Origin: a virus
Lineage: Duplodnaviria > Heunggongvirae > Uroviricota > Caudoviricetes
Reading direction: 5' to 3' (one strand)
DNA length: 46,276 nt
IMG/VR virus record: IMGVR_UViG_2623620505_000005
Both the position numbers and the translations under genes were made by a program. The notes beneath the pieces were generated by a model. That model was not told the DNA's origin. It saw only the letters and a list, made by a program, of their open reading frames with translations, and searched no databases. Within the stretch, counting starts at the first letter, position 1. Each line of letters starts with the position of its first letter. Positions 36,773 through 46,276 of this stretch are shown here, in pieces.

Positions 36773-39700
36773 ATGGGTAAAGGCAGCAGTAAGGGGCATA
36801 CCCCGCGCGAAGCGAAGGACAACCTGAAGTCCACGCAACTGCTGAGTGTGATCGATGCCATCAGCGAAGGGCCGGTTGAAGGTCCGGTGGATGGATTAAA
36901 AAGCGTGCTGCTGAACAGTACGCCGGTGCTGGACAGTGAGGGGAATACCAATATATCCGGCGTCACGGTGGTGTTCCGGGCCGGTGAGCAGGAGCAGACA
37001 CCGCCGGAGGGATTTGAATCCTCCGGCTCCGAGACGGTGCTCGGTACAGAAGTGAAATATGACACGCCGATCACCCGGACCATCACGTCGGCAAACATTG
37101 ACCGTCTGCGTTTTACTTTCGGCGTGCAGGCACTGGTGGAAACCACCTCAAAGGGGGACCGGAATCCGTCGGAAGTCCGCCTGCTGGTTCAGATACAACG
37201 TAACGGTGGCTGGGTGACGGAAAAAGACATCACCATTAAGGGAAAAACCACCTCACAGTATCTGGCCTCGGTGGTGGTGGATAACCTGCCGCCGCGCCCG
37301 TTCAATATCCGGATGCGCAGGATGACACCGGACAGCACCACAGACCGGTTGCAGAACAAAACGCTCTGGTCGTCATACACCGAAATCATCGATGTGAAAC
37401 AGGGCTACCCGAACACGGCACTGGTCGGCGTAAAGGTGGATTCGGAGCAGTTCGGCAGCCAGCAGGTGAGTCGTAATTATCATCTTCGCGGGCGCATTCT
37501 GCAGGTGCCGTCGAACTATAACCCGCAGACGTGGCAATACAGCGGTATCTGGGACGGAACGTTTAAGCCGGCATACAGCAACAACCCGGCCTGGTGTCTG
37601 TGGGATATGCTGACCCACCCGCGCTACGGCATGGGGAAACGTCTTGGTGCGGCGGATGTGGATAAATGGGCGCTGTATGTCATCGGCCAGTACTGCGACC
37701 AGTCAGTGCCGGACGGTTTTGGCGGCACGGAGCCGCGCATCACCTGTAATGCCTGGCTGACCACGCAGCGTAAGGCGTGGGATGTGCTCAGTGATTTCTG
37801 CTCGGCGATGCGCTGTATGCCGGTATGGAACGGGCAGACGCTGACGTTCGTGCAGGACCGACCATCAGATAAGGTGTGGACCTATAACCGCAGTAATGTG
37901 GTGATGCCGGATGATGGCGCGCCGTTCCGCTACAGCTTCAGCGCCCTGAAGGACCGCCATAATGCCGTTGAGGTGAACTGGATTGACCCGAACAACGGCT
38001 GGGAGACGGCGACAGAGCTTGTTGAAGATACGCAGGCCATTGCCCGTTACGGTCGTAATGTCACGAAGATGGATGCCTTTGGCTGTACCAGCCGGGGGCA
38101 GGCACACCGCGCCGGGCTGTGGCTGATTAAAACTGAACTGCTGGAGACGCAGACCGTGGATTTCAGCGTGGGTGCTGAAGGGCTTCGCCATGTACCGGGC
38201 GATGTCATTGAAATCTGCGATGATGACTATGCCGGTATCAGCACCGGTGGTCGCGTGCTGGCGGTGAACAGCCAGACCCGGACGCTGACGCTCGACCGTG
38301 AAATCACGCTGCCATCCTCCGGTACCACGCTGATAAGCCTGGTTGACGGAAGTGGTAATCCGGTCAGCGTGGAGGTTCAGTCCGTCACCGACGGACTTAA
38401 GGTGAAAGTGAACCGGGTTCCTGACGGCGTTGCAGAATACAGTGTGTGGGGGCTGAAGTTGCCGACGTTGCGTCAGCGCCTGTTCCGCTGTGTGAGTATC
38501 CGTGAGAACGATGACGGCACGTATGCCATCACTGCCGTGCAGCATGTACCGGAAAAAGAAGCCATCGTGGATAACGGGGCGCACTTTGACGGCGACCAGA
38601 GCAGCACGGTGAATGGTGTCACGCCGCCAGCGGTACAGCACCTGACCGCCGAAGTCACCGCAGACAGCGGGGAATATCAGGTGCTGGCGCGCTGGGACAC
38701 GCCGAAGGTGGTGAAGGGCGTGAGCTTCCTGCTCCGTCTGACCGTAACAGCGGATGACGGCAGTGAGCGGCTGGTCAGCACGGCCCGGACGACGGAAACC
38801 ACATACCGCTTCACGCAACTGGCGCCAGGAAACTACAGGCTGACAGTCCGGGCGGTAAATGCGTGGGGACAGCAGGGCGATCCGGCATCGGTATCGTTCC
38901 GGATTGCCGCACCGGCAGCACCGTCGAGGATTGAGCTGACGCCGGGGTATTTTCAGATAACCGCCACGCCGCATCTTGCGGTTTATGACCCGACGGTACA
39001 GTTTGAGTTCTGGTTCTCGGAAAAGCGGATTACCGATATCAGGCAGGTTGAAACCACAGCCCGCTATCTTGGTACGGCGCTGTACTGGATAGCCGCCAGT
39101 ATCAATATCAAACCGGGCCATGATTATTACTTTTATATCCGCAGTGTGAACACCGTTGGCAAATCGGCATTCGTGGAGGCCGTCGGTCGGGCGAGCGATG
39201 ATGCGGAAGGTTACCTGGATTTTTTCAAAGGCAAGATAACCGAATCCCATCTCGGTAAAGAGCTGCTGGAAAAAGTTGATTTGACGGAGGATAACGCCAG
39301 CAGACTGGATGAGTTTTCGAAAGAGTGGAAGGACGCTAACGATAAGTGGAATGCCATGTGGGGCGTCAAAATTGAGCAGACCAAAGACGGCAAACATTAT
39401 GTCGCGGGTATTGGCCTCAGCATGGAGGACACGGAGGAAGGCAAGCTGAGCCAGTTTCTGGTTGCCGCTAACCGTATCGCGTTTATTGACCCGGCAAACG
39501 GGAATGAAACGCCGATGTTTGTGGCGCAGGGCAACCAGATATTCATGAACGACGTGTTCCTGAAGCGCCTGACGGCCCCCACCATTACCAGCGGTGGAAA
39601 TCCGCCGGTATTTTCCCTGACACCGGACGGGCGGCTGACGGCGAAAAATGCGGATATCAGTGGCAGTGTGAATGCGAACGCCGGGACGCTCAACAATGTC

Positions 39701-40168
39701 ACGATTAACGAGAACTGTCGGGTTCTGGGAAAACTGTCCGCGAACCAGATTGAAGGCGATATTGTTAAAACAGTGGGCAAAGCTTTCCCCCGGGACTCCC
39801 GTGCACCGGAGCGGTGGCCGTCAGGAACCATTACCGTCAGGGTTTATGACGATCAGCCTTTTGACCGGCAAATTGTTATTCCGGCGGTGGCATTCAGCGG
39901 TGCTAAACATGAGCGGGAACATAACGATATTTATTCGTCATGCCGTCTGATAGTGCGGAAAAACGGTGCTGAAATTTATAACTGTACCGCGCGGGATAAT
40001 ACGCTGATTTATACAGGTGTTATTGATATGCCTGCTGGTCGCGGCCACATGACGCTGGAGTTTTCGGTGTCAGCATGGCTGGTAAATGACTGGTATCCCA
40101 CAGCAAGTATCAGTGATTTGCTGGTTGTGGTGATGAAGAAATCCACTGCAGGCATCACGATTAGCTGA
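36773..40168 (+). CDS. J: Central tail fibre / host specificity protein J
   Basis: 1131 aa; lambda gpJ-like from N-terminus to C-terminus. Confidence 0.9.
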   Translation: MGKGSSKGHTPREAKDNLKSTQLLSVIDAISEGPVEGPVDGLKSVLLNSTPVLDSEGNTNISGVTVVFRAGEQEQTPPEGFESSGSETVLGTEVKYDTPITRTITSANIDRLRFTFGVQALVETTSKGDRNPSEVRLLVQIQRNGGWVTEKDITIKGKTTSQYLASVVVDNLPPRPFNIRMRRMTPDSTTDRLQNKTLWSSYTEIIDVKQGYPNTALVGVKVDSEQFGSQQVSRNYHLRGRILQVPSNYNPQTWQYSGIWDGTFKPAYSNNPAWCLWDMLTHPRYGMGKRLGAADVDKWALYVIGQYCDQSVPDGFGGTEPRITCNAWLTTQRKAWDVLSDFCSAMRCMPVWNGQTLTFVQDRPSDKVWTYNRSNVVMPDDGAPFRYSFSALKDRHNAVEVNWIDPNNGWETATELVEDTQAIARYGRNVTKMDAFGCTSRGQAHRAGLWLIKTELLETQTVDFSVGAEGLRHVPGDVIEICDDDYAGISTGGRVLAVNSQTRTLTLDREITLPSSGTTLISLVDGSGNPVSVEVQSVTDGLKVKVNRVPDGVAEYSVWGLKLPTLRQRLFRCVSIRENDDGTYAITAVQHVPEKEAIVDNGAHFDGDQSSTVNGVTPPAVQHLTAEVTADSGEYQVLARWDTPKVVKGVSFLLRLTVTADDGSERLVSTARTTETTYRFTQLAPGNYRLTVRAVNAWGQQGDPASVSFRIAAPAAPSRIELTPGYFQITATPHLAVYDPTVQFEFWFSEKRITDIRQVETTARYLGTALYWIAASINIKPGHDYYFYIRSVNTVGKSAFVEAVGRASDDAEGYLDFFKGKITESHLGKELLEKVDLTEDNASRLDEFSKEWKDANDKWNAMWGVKIEQTKDGKHYVAGIGLSMEDTEEGKLSQFLVAANRIAFIDPANGNETPMFVAQGNQIFMNDVFLKRLTAPTITSGGNPPVFSLTPDGRLTAKNADISGSVNANAGTLNNVTINENCRVLGKLSANQIEGDIVKTVGKAFPRDSRAPERWPSGTITVRVYDDQPFDRQIVIPAVAFSGAKHEREHNDIYSSCRLIVRKNGAEIYNCTARDNTLIYTGVIDMPAGRGHMTLEFSVSAWLVNDWYPTASISDLLVVVMKKSTAGITIS

Positions 40169-40187
40169 ATTTTATCACCCAGATACG

Positions 40188-40211
40188 GGCGCCAGAAATG
40201 GCGCCTTTTTT
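40188..40211 (+). terminator. Rho-independent terminator after J
   Basis: GGCGCC-AGAAAT-GGCGCC stem-loop followed by TTTTTT. Confidence 0.6.
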
Positions 40212-40235
40212 ATTGCAGAAAAGCGAGAGGTAATT

Positions 40236-40835
40236 ATGCGTAAAGTTTGTGCAGCCATTTTATCCGCAGCCATCTGTCTGGCCGTATCCGGTGCGCCTGC
40301 ATGGGCGTCTGAGCAGCAGGCCACGCTGAGCGCGGGGTATCTTCATGCCCGGACGAACGCTGTCGGTAGTGATGATCTGAACGGGATTAACGTGAAATAC
40401 CGTTATGAGTTTACGGACACGCTGGGGCTGGTGACGTCATTCAGTTATGTCAATGCCAAAGATGAGCAAAAAACGCATTACAGCGATACCCGCTGGCATG
40501 AAGATTCCGTGCGTAACCGCTGGTTCAGCGTGATGGCGGGGCCGTCTGTGCGCGTGAATGAATGGTTCAGCGCGTATGCGATGGCGGGTGTGGCTTACAG
40601 CCGTGTGTCGACTTTTTCCGGGGATTATATCCGCGTAACTGACAATAAGGGGAAAACGCACGATGTGCTGACCGGAAGTGATGACGGTCGCCACAGCAAC
40701 ACGTCTCTGGCGTGGGGGGCTGGCGTGCAGTTTAACCCGACCGAGTCCGTGGCCATTGATGTCGCTTATGAAGGTTCCGGCAGTGGCGACTGGCGCACTG
40801 ACGGTTTCATCGTGGGTGTCGGTTATAAATTCTGA
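40236..40835 (+). CDS. lom: Lom outer-membrane protein (Ail/OmpX family virulence-associated moron)
   Basis: 199 aa; signal peptide and beta-barrel sequence nearly identical to lambda Lom as I recall it; flanked by its own terminators. Confidence 0.85.
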   Translation: MRKVCAAILSAAICLAVSGAPAWASEQQATLSAGYLHARTNAVGSDDLNGINVKYRYEFTDTLGLVTSFSYVNAKDEQKTHYSDTRWHEDSVRNRWFSVMAGPSVRVNEWFSAYAMAGVAYSRVSTFSGDYIRVTDNKGKTHDVLTGSDDGRHSNTSLAWGAGVQFNPTESVAIDVAYEGSGSGDWRTDGFIVGVGYKF

Positions 40836-40861
40836 TTAGCCAGGTAACACAGTGTTATGAC

Positions 40862-40888
40862 AGCCCGCCGGTTCAGGCGGGCTTTTTT
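40862..40888 (+). terminator. Rho-independent terminator after lom
   Basis: AGCCCGCC-GGTTCA-GGCGGGCT stem-loop followed by TTTTT. Confidence 0.6.
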
Positions 40889-40899
40889 GTGGGGTGAAT

Positions 40900-43197
40900 A
40901 TGGCAGTAAAGATTTCAGGTGTACTGAAAGACGGCACAGGAAAACCGGTACAGAACTGCACAATCCAGCTGAAAGCAAAACGTAACAGTACCACGGTGGT
41001 GGTGAACACGCTGGCCTCAGAAAATCCGGATGAAGCCGGGCGTTACAGCATGGACGTTGAGTACGGTCAGTACAGCGTTATTCTGTTGGTGGAAGGATTC
41101 CCGCCGTCACATGCCGGGACCATCACCGTGTATGAAGATTCCCGACCCGGTACGCTGAATGATTTTCTCGGTGCCATGACGGAGGATGATGTCCGTCCGG
41201 AGGCACTGCGCCGTTTTGAACTGATGGTGGAAGAGGTGGCGCGTAACGCGTCCGCGGTGGCACAGAACACGGCAGCCGCGAAGAAGTCAGCCGGCGATGC
41301 CAGCACATCAGCCCGTGAGGCGGCAACCCATGCGACTGATGCTGCAGACTCAGCACGCGCAGCCAGCACGTCAGCCGGGCAGGCCGCGTCGTCGGCACAG
41401 GAAGCGTCTTCCGGTGCAGAAACGGCATCAGTAAAGGCCACTGAGGCATCAAAAAGTGCAGCCGCTGCAGAGTCCTCGAAAAGCGCGGCGGCCACCAGTG
41501 CTGTTGCCGCGAAAACGTCAGAAACGAATGCGGCAGCGTCACAACAATCAGCCGCCACCTCAGCATCCACCGCGACCGCGAAAGCGTCAGAAGCTGCCAC
41601 CTCAGCCCGTGAGGCGGAGGCCTCAAAAGAGGCAGCAAAATCATCAGAAACGAACGCATCATCAAGCGCCAGTGGTGCAGCCTCCTCGGCAACGGCGGCA
41701 GAAAATGCCGCGAAGGAGGCAAAAACATCCGAGATGAACGCCAGGTCTTCTGAAACGGCAGCAGCACAGAGCGCATCCGCTGCGGCGGGCTCTGAAAAAG
41801 CAGCTGCATCATTGGCCGGCGAGGCATCCGGTAAGGCGGAAGAGGCTGCAGGGAGCGCAGCGGTGGCAGCGCAGAGCAAAAGTTCTGCTGAGTCTGCAGC
41901 AACACGTGCAGAGAATGCGGCCAGACGGGCAGAGGAGATTGCATCTGCTGTGAGCCTGGAGGATGCCAGTACGACCACAAAGGGGGTTGTCAGGCTCAGT
42001 AACCGTACTGACAGTACTTCACAGACAGAGGCCGCCACATCCCTGGCAGTCAGTAACGTCATGAATGAGGTGAAGACAAAAGCGTCACTGGATAGTCCGG
42101 TCTTCACCGGTACCCCTATGACACCGACACCACCGGACGATGCTTCAGGTCTGGAAACAGTGAATGCGGCGTTTGTCCGCAAACTGCTTGCTGCTCTTGT
42201 GGGTTCATCTCCTGAAACCCTGGACACGCTGAACGAACTGGCGGAGGCGCTGGGTAATGACCCGGCGTTTTCCGTAACGATAATGAAGATGCTGGCCGGA
42301 AAACAGCCTTTAAATCCCGTTCTGACTGCGTTAGGCAGTCTTCCATCCGGTGAAGATGGGTTTCCCAGTTTTAGCGGTAACGGGCAGTGTTCTCTGGCTC
42401 CTGTTTCTGAAAAAGGGAAACAGCTGTTGTCACAATCCACAGCCGAAGAGATGTGTGACGTTCTGGGTATCAATGGAAATAGTGGAAACTCAGCAGCAGG
42501 CGGAAATTATGGGCTTCAGTCAGGCATTTATGACAGAACGCAGGGGCGGGCCGCTGTTGCAGGAAGTCTGGGATTCGGGCATATCTTCACAAAAGGTGAC
42601 GTTCTCAGCTTTTCGTCGAAGGAAGTGCTTCTTGACTGGATCTCAAATGCCACACCGGGGCGGTATACGGTCAGCGCTGACTGCGAAATTATACCGGAAG
42701 TACAGTTTACAGGTGTGATTGATTTATTTTTCGCTGATGAGATGCGGAATAACCTTACTGTCCCGCTGATGCTGAAGATGGCTGTTTTTTACGGGATGAA
42801 CGGTGAACTGTATCGGGCAACATACGATGCCATACATGGCCCTTCACTGAGTGAATGGGTGAAAATAAATATTGACCTGTATGATATTGCCAAAATCCTG
42901 AGCATGACCACAAACGATAATTATGGTGATCCGTATGCTGGAAGCATAACACTGGCAGCCTTTAATAGCCGTGGCAGCACTAAAACAGCTAGCGTCGTAC
43001 GAGGGCAATATTACCCGGGCTCCGTCCTTACTCCCGTGGTATTCAGTGTTCCGGAGGGGGCATTATCGTCGCCGAAGATTGGGCTTTCTGGTACAGAGAA
43101 GCACACATTGCCGGGTGTTTACCGTGCATTATCCGGAACCCCGGATTACACCGGAGAAGGTGAGTTTATTATTGCTGCTTTTATAAGGACGATGTGA
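40900..43197 (+). CDS. stf: Side tail fibre protein Stf (lambda-type N-terminus, different C-terminal receptor-binding region)
   Basis: Start at the ATG at 40900 (MAVKISGVLKDG, as in lambda Stf); central Ala/Ser-rich tract; the C-terminal ~300 aa do not match lambda Stf as I recall it. Confidence 0.8.
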   Translation: MAVKISGVLKDGTGKPVQNCTIQLKAKRNSTTVVVNTLASENPDEAGRYSMDVEYGQYSVILLVEGFPPSHAGTITVYEDSRPGTLNDFLGAMTEDDVRPEALRRFELMVEEVARNASAVAQNTAAAKKSAGDASTSAREAATHATDAADSARAASTSAGQAASSAQEASSGAETASVKATEASKSAAAAESSKSAAATSAVAAKTSETNAAASQQSAATSASTATAKASEAATSAREAEASKEAAKSSETNASSSASGAASSATAAENAAKEAKTSEMNARSSETAAAQSASAAAGSEKAAASLAGEASGKAEEAAGSAAVAAQSKSSAESAATRAENAARRAEEIASAVSLEDASTTTKGVVRLSNRTDSTSQTEAATSLAVSNVMNEVKTKASLDSPVFTGTPMTPTPPDDASGLETVNAAFVRKLLAALVGSSPETLDTLNELAEALGNDPAFSVTIMKMLAGKQPLNPVLTALGSLPSGEDGFPSFSGNGQCSLAPVSEKGKQLLSQSTAEEMCDVLGINGNSGNSAAGGNYGLQSGIYDRTQGRAAVAGSLGFGHIFTKGDVLSFSSKEVLLDWISNATPGRYTVSADCEIIPEVQFTGVIDLFFADEMRNNLTVPLMLKMAVFYGMNGELYRATYDAIHGPSLSEWVKINIDLYDIAKILSMTTNDNYGDPYAGSITLAAFNSRGSTKTASVVRGQYYPGSVLTPVVFSVPEGALSSPKIGLSGTEKHTLPGVYRALSGTPDYTGEGEFIIAAFIRTM

Positions 43198-43763
43198 TGA
43201 AAATAAAAAAAATCAGCGAACAAAGGTATCTTGAAACCGGAGATGTTGACTGCATGGTCGAGTTTTCAGGTATGGAAATGCCACTTCCATACACAGCTTC
43301 GGCAAATGATACAGCAGAAACTGGCCGGCAAATCTGGCAGGAACTGCAGAGTGGCAGATGGGGTGAAATCGCCCCGTTCACAGTCACGCCTGAAGTTATT
43401 GCCGCAGCCAGAGATGCCAAAAAGTGGGAAATCGAAGCCTGGCGCACAGAACAGGAAGCGCAGCCGTTCACATTCGAATGGAACGGACACACCTGGAATG
43501 GCGGCCCCGACTCGCTGGCCCGCCTTTACCCGGTGGTAATGGCTGCAGGGGCTGACTCAGGGCAGTGGGACGTTATGACATGGAGTGATGCTGATAATCA
43601 GCAGGTGAAACTGTCGATGACGGAACTGGAGGAGCTGGCTGCAGCTATGGCGCAGGCGCAGGTTGATCGCAATAATGAGATTTATCGTCATCAGCGTGAA
43701 ATGAAAGAGGAACTGAGCAATCTCCTGGATTTGAAGCAGGTTAGGGAGTTCAGTCCAGAATAA
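43194..43763 (+). CDS. Putative tail fibre assembly chaperone cognate to the Stf C-terminal module
   Basis: 189 aa; ATGA overlap with the stf stop (translational coupling); Trp-rich; no lambda Tfa signature. Confidence 0.45.
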   Translation: MMKIKKISEQRYLETGDVDCMVEFSGMEMPLPYTASANDTAETGRQIWQELQSGRWGEIAPFTVTPEVIAAARDAKKWEIEAWRTEQEAQPFTFEWNGHTWNGGPDSLARLYPVVMAAGADSGQWDVMTWSDADNQQVKLSMTELEELAAAMAQAQVDRNNEIYRHQREMKEELSNLLDLKQVREFSPE

Positions 43764-43856
43764 GAAAAAACGTAGTACATCGTATTCAAGAGGATCTATG
43801 CTGGCATCGTAGCTGTTTTTAAACAGTAAGTAGCCGTTGAAGGTCACAGGGGAAAA

Positions 43857-44219
43857 ATGCTCTTTGACTTGGCTTCCGGGGACGCACTATTTATCTCTGA
43901 ACCAGGCCCATTAGCGGAAAATGTCACCTGGTTGTCGCCGGAAGGGGAATATCAGAAGTGGAACGGTACAGCCTGGGTGAAAGATGCAGAAGCAGAAAAA
44001 CTATTCCGGATCCGGGAGGCGGAAGAAACAAAAAACAGCCTGATGCAGGTAGCCAGTGAGCATATAGCGCCGCTTCAGGATGCTGTAGATCTGGAGATCG
44101 CAACGGAGGAAGAAAATTCGTTGCTGGAAGCCTGGAAAAAGTATCGGGTGTTGCTGAACCGTGTTGATACATCAACTGCACCTGATATTGAGTGGCCGGA
44201 AGAACCAGACACAATGTAA
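43857..44219 (+). CDS. tfa: Tail fibre assembly protein Tfa, lambda-type, N-terminally truncated remnant
   Basis: 120 aa corresponding to roughly residues 75-194 of lambda Tfa (GDALFISE ... [20 protein letters not shown]); the N-terminal ~74 residues are missing. Confidence 0.6.
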   Translation: MLFDLASGDALFISEPGPLAENVTWLSPEGEYQKWNGTAWVKDAEAEKLFRIREAEETKNSLMQVASEHIAPLQDAVDLEIATEEENSLLEAWKKYRVLLNRVDTSTAPDIEWPEEPDTM

Positions 44220-44220
44220 G

Positions 44221-44269
44221 CAAAAAAGAAAAACCGCAGACACGACGTATGCAGGACGTGCTGCGGTTT
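44221..44269 (-). terminator. Terminator for the leftward two-gene operon at the right end (also lies after tfa)
   Basis: 9-bp stem AAACCGCAG / CTGCGGTTT; on the minus strand the stem is followed by UUCUUUUUUG. Confidence 0.55.
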
Positions 44270-44384
44270 GGCTAGTAAACTTTTGATAGTGCGAGTATTG
44301 AATGATTTCCAGCCATTACTCATTTTACGCATTTCACGCGCAAGAGAAATTGAATTTTATTCCTCTGTCACCACATGACGGGGA

Positions 44385-45143
44385 TTAATATTCTGGATTT
44401 TTTATTTCTAAATCAGATAAAGCATTAATTCTTATTTTTTCTAAGGCTTTATCCATGGCCCCCTTGATTCTGTATCCATAATCATCCGGTTCTTCATATT
44501 CCTGTGGGGACGGATTTGTACCAATATTCTCAATTAATTCATTTAAAATAACAGTTACTTCTTTATTAAGAAGGACTGCTTTAGTTAACATCATCTCTGT
44601 TAATGCTGTGAAGGCTAGGCTAAGTTTCTGTTGTAGCTCTTTATTTTTTAATTTAAGGTCTTCATCGTTTAGTGCTTTATCACGGTCTTCGTGAGCCTGT
44701 TGTACTTCATCCCAAAACTGCTTTTCTTGTTCTTGATTAAAATATCCTTGATAACTATTGGCTACATATGTTGGCATCATGTGAATCTCAATAATTTCAA
44801 ATTCATTATCAGCCCATTTTTTTATACTAAGTAACTGAGTGTAAATGTACTCATACATATCGTACTTTTTTTGCCAGATTTGTTGAGAAATCCACAACTC
44901 AGAAGTAATCTTTTTTTCTATATCTTTGATAGTTGTTGTATTTAATGCTAACTGCTTTCTGAGTATTTCATAGTTAGCGTTGGTAGCAGAAATTTTTGCT
45001 TTTTCAGTTATAAAAGAAACAATAAAGTTCACTATGAGAGCTGCAATAATAATAGCGAAGCTCAACCCTAAAATCTCTGTGGTTGAGAAATTAGATGACT
45101 GTAATGCTTTGATAAGTTCAAAAAACTGTTTTTCTGTGAGCAT
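44385..45143 (-). CDS. Hypothetical membrane-anchored protein, downstream gene of a right-arm accessory operon
   Basis: 252 aa; one N-terminal hydrophobic helix (ILGLSFAIIIAALIVNFIVSFI) then a Lys/Glu-rich, probably coiled-coil region; AT-rich; no recognised domain. Confidence 0.6.
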   Translation of the reverse strand: MLTEKQFFELIKALQSSNFSTTEILGLSFAIIIAALIVNFIVSFITEKAKISATNANYEILRKQLALNTTTIKDIEKKITSELWISQQIWQKKYDMYEYIYTQLLSIKKWADNEFEIIEIHMMPTYVANSYQGYFNQEQEKQFWDEVQQAHEDRDKALNDEDLKLKNKELQQKLSLAFTALTEMMLTKAVLLNKEVTVILNELIENIGTNPSPQEYEEPDDYGYRIKGAMDKALEKIRINALSDLEIKNPEY

Positions 45144-45241
45144 GGTGCCTTACCAAAAATTAAGACTGTTATCTATATAAAAATGTTACCCAAGAGGGAT
45201 TGTAATGAAATAACAAACCGGCACATTGGCCGGTTTGAAGT

Positions 45242-46276
45242 TCAAGGGGGTGAGATTGTAGAGGCGTTACCTTGTTCTATCACACCAGACCTAATCTTAT
45301 AACTACCAAGGATGTTGACCGTTTTATTATTTTTCATCGCGTCAAAAATTAAGCCTATTTCATCAGGATCATTGATAAAACTGGTATCAACATAGATCGG
45401 GAATGAATCATCACCTGTTGGCTCATGGCAGCTTAACGTTAGCTTATCGGCTGAGCGTTTTATACTATCAATGACAACTTCCAATGTTTGCTGCTCTGAC
45501 TTAGCCTTTTCAATTGGGTTCTTGATGATTTCTTGAACCTGACCTTGCGAAAGCTCAATATTGCTGGCCCCGCGGATCGTCACTTTGTCTGCATCAGATG
45601 CACCTTTAAGAACTCCAGTGTATGCCTTAGCTGTGTGCTCTTGGATACCTTCGGCGCGCTCTATCGTATCAATACCTTCATGTGCTTTTATTGCAGACAG
45701 CATACCATCGCGTAGAATTGTCATCCGCTCGGATTCTGCTCGCTGTTTTGCTTCTTCCAGTTGTAACTCAATAGTTTTGGTTTCGACTTGTGTCTGATGA
45801 TCTAAGTAGGACGTACCGACCCATGCGCCGCCTAAAACTAAGACAGCAAACAGGAAACACATTGTTTTCTGTCTTGGGCTCATACCTTGTGTTACCTTCT
45901 CAAATGCGTTACCAAAGGAATCAATAAGTTCTTTAACTGAGGTGATAATTTCTGTGCAGCCAGGATTGATAGTAAAAACCAACTCTGCAGCTTCTCGATC
46001 CTCAGCAGTGAGCTTCTGTAAGTTAGAGGTTTTGTACTTGATTAGAGTAAAAACCTTGTACATCTCAGTTTGAAATTCACAGATACCCTGTGCCAAACTT
46101 GCAGGCAGAGTACCATTATACTTATCTTCATCACCAAAAAATTTGAAATCAATACTTTCTAAGAAGTTTAACTTCAAATTTTCAATGTGGATTTCTTCGC
46201 CTGAAATAACTCGTCCGAAAATATTTTCTATATCATCAATATCATTGATTTCATAGGCCTGAATTGCATCTTCCAT
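45242..46276 (-). CDS. Hypothetical protein with a central transmembrane segment, upstream gene of the right-arm accessory operon
   Basis: 344 aa; central hydrophobic helix (MCFLFAVLVLGGAWVGTSYL) followed by a coiled-coil-like region; the start codon is at the last base of the window, so the 5' end may be incomplete. Confidence 0.55.
   Translation of the reverse strand: MEDAIQAYEINDIDDIENIFGRVISGEEIHIENLKLNFLESIDFKFFGDEDKYNGTLPASLAQGICEFQTEMYKVFTLIKYKTSNLQKLTAEDREAAELVFTINPGCTEIITSVKELIDSFGNAFEKVTQGMSPRQKTMCFLFAVLVLGGAWVGTSYLDHQTQVETKTIELQLEEAKQRAESERMTILRDGMLSAIKAHEGIDTIERAEGIQEHTAKAYTGVLKGASDADKVTIRGASNIELSQGQVQEIIKNPIEKAKSEQQTLEVVIDSIKRSADKLTLSCHEPTGDDSFPIYVDTSFINDPDEIGLIFDAMKNNKTVNILGSYKIRSGVIEQGNASTISPP

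Larger units (their letters stand above)
157..46276. mobile_element. Lambdoid prophage (left junction to window end; right junction not in window)
   Basis: Contiguous phage modules in canonical prophage order: int, early-left genes, cI/cro, replication, Q, lysis, cos, nu1-A-W-B-C-D-E-FI-FII-Z-U-V-G-T-H-M-L-K-I-J, lom, stf, tfa. Left boundary is set where the prfC reading frame diverges. Confidence 0.85.

Noticed and set aside
37865-39397. 510-aa minus-strand ORF inside the J gene
   Set aside because: Lies entirely antisense to the conserved J coding sequence; GC-rich antisense frames of highly expressed structural genes often lack stops; the translation has no protein-like features.
41220-41950. 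Highly repetitive DNA tract that might have been a repeat array
   Set aside because: It is in frame within stf and encodes the Ala/Ser-rich fibre shaft; there are no spacer-repeat units of CRISPR type. No CRISPR array is present anywhere in the window.
41067-42473. 468-aa and 285-aa minus-strand ORFs antisense to stf
   Set aside because: Produced by the repetitive GC-rich Ala/Ser-coding tract of stf read on the other strand; low-complexity translation.

Overview
This window is almost entirely a lambdoid (lambda-like) prophage inserted into the 5' end of prfC, running from the left junction through the tail genes into the right-arm accessory region; the right junction lies beyond the window. 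Gene order is: truncated prfC start, P4-type tyrosine integrase, leftward early operon (excisionase-like, two DUF551, HD hydrolase, YfdQ-like, YfdP-like), cI/cro immunity switch with a shared 15-bp operator motif, replication region with an iteron array inside the O-like gene, Dam-like methyltransferase, RusA, KilA-N, DUF968, Q antiterminator, phage-21-type lysis cassette (pinholin, SAR endolysin, Rz/Rz1), cos, then a lambda-like head and tail module (nu1 through J, with the G-T frameshift), lom, side tail fibre and Tfa. No rRNA, tRNA or CRISPR array was found. Four accessory (moron) sites carry cargo that the lambda backbone does not explain: (1) next to int, a P-loop NTPase/cytidine-deaminase fusion resembling the AvcD/DCD dCTP-deaminase defence protein; (2) between Q and the holin, a beta-class DNA methyltransferase bracketed by terminators; (3) between Rz and cos, a convergent, 3'-overlapping pair of a PD-(D/E)xK nuclease-like protein and a P4 beta-family protein, which is my best candidate for an undescribed defence-type module; (4) after tfa, an AT-rich two-gene operon of membrane-anchored proteins with no recognisable domains. 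All homology statements come from reading the translations and from memory of protein families; no database search was run.
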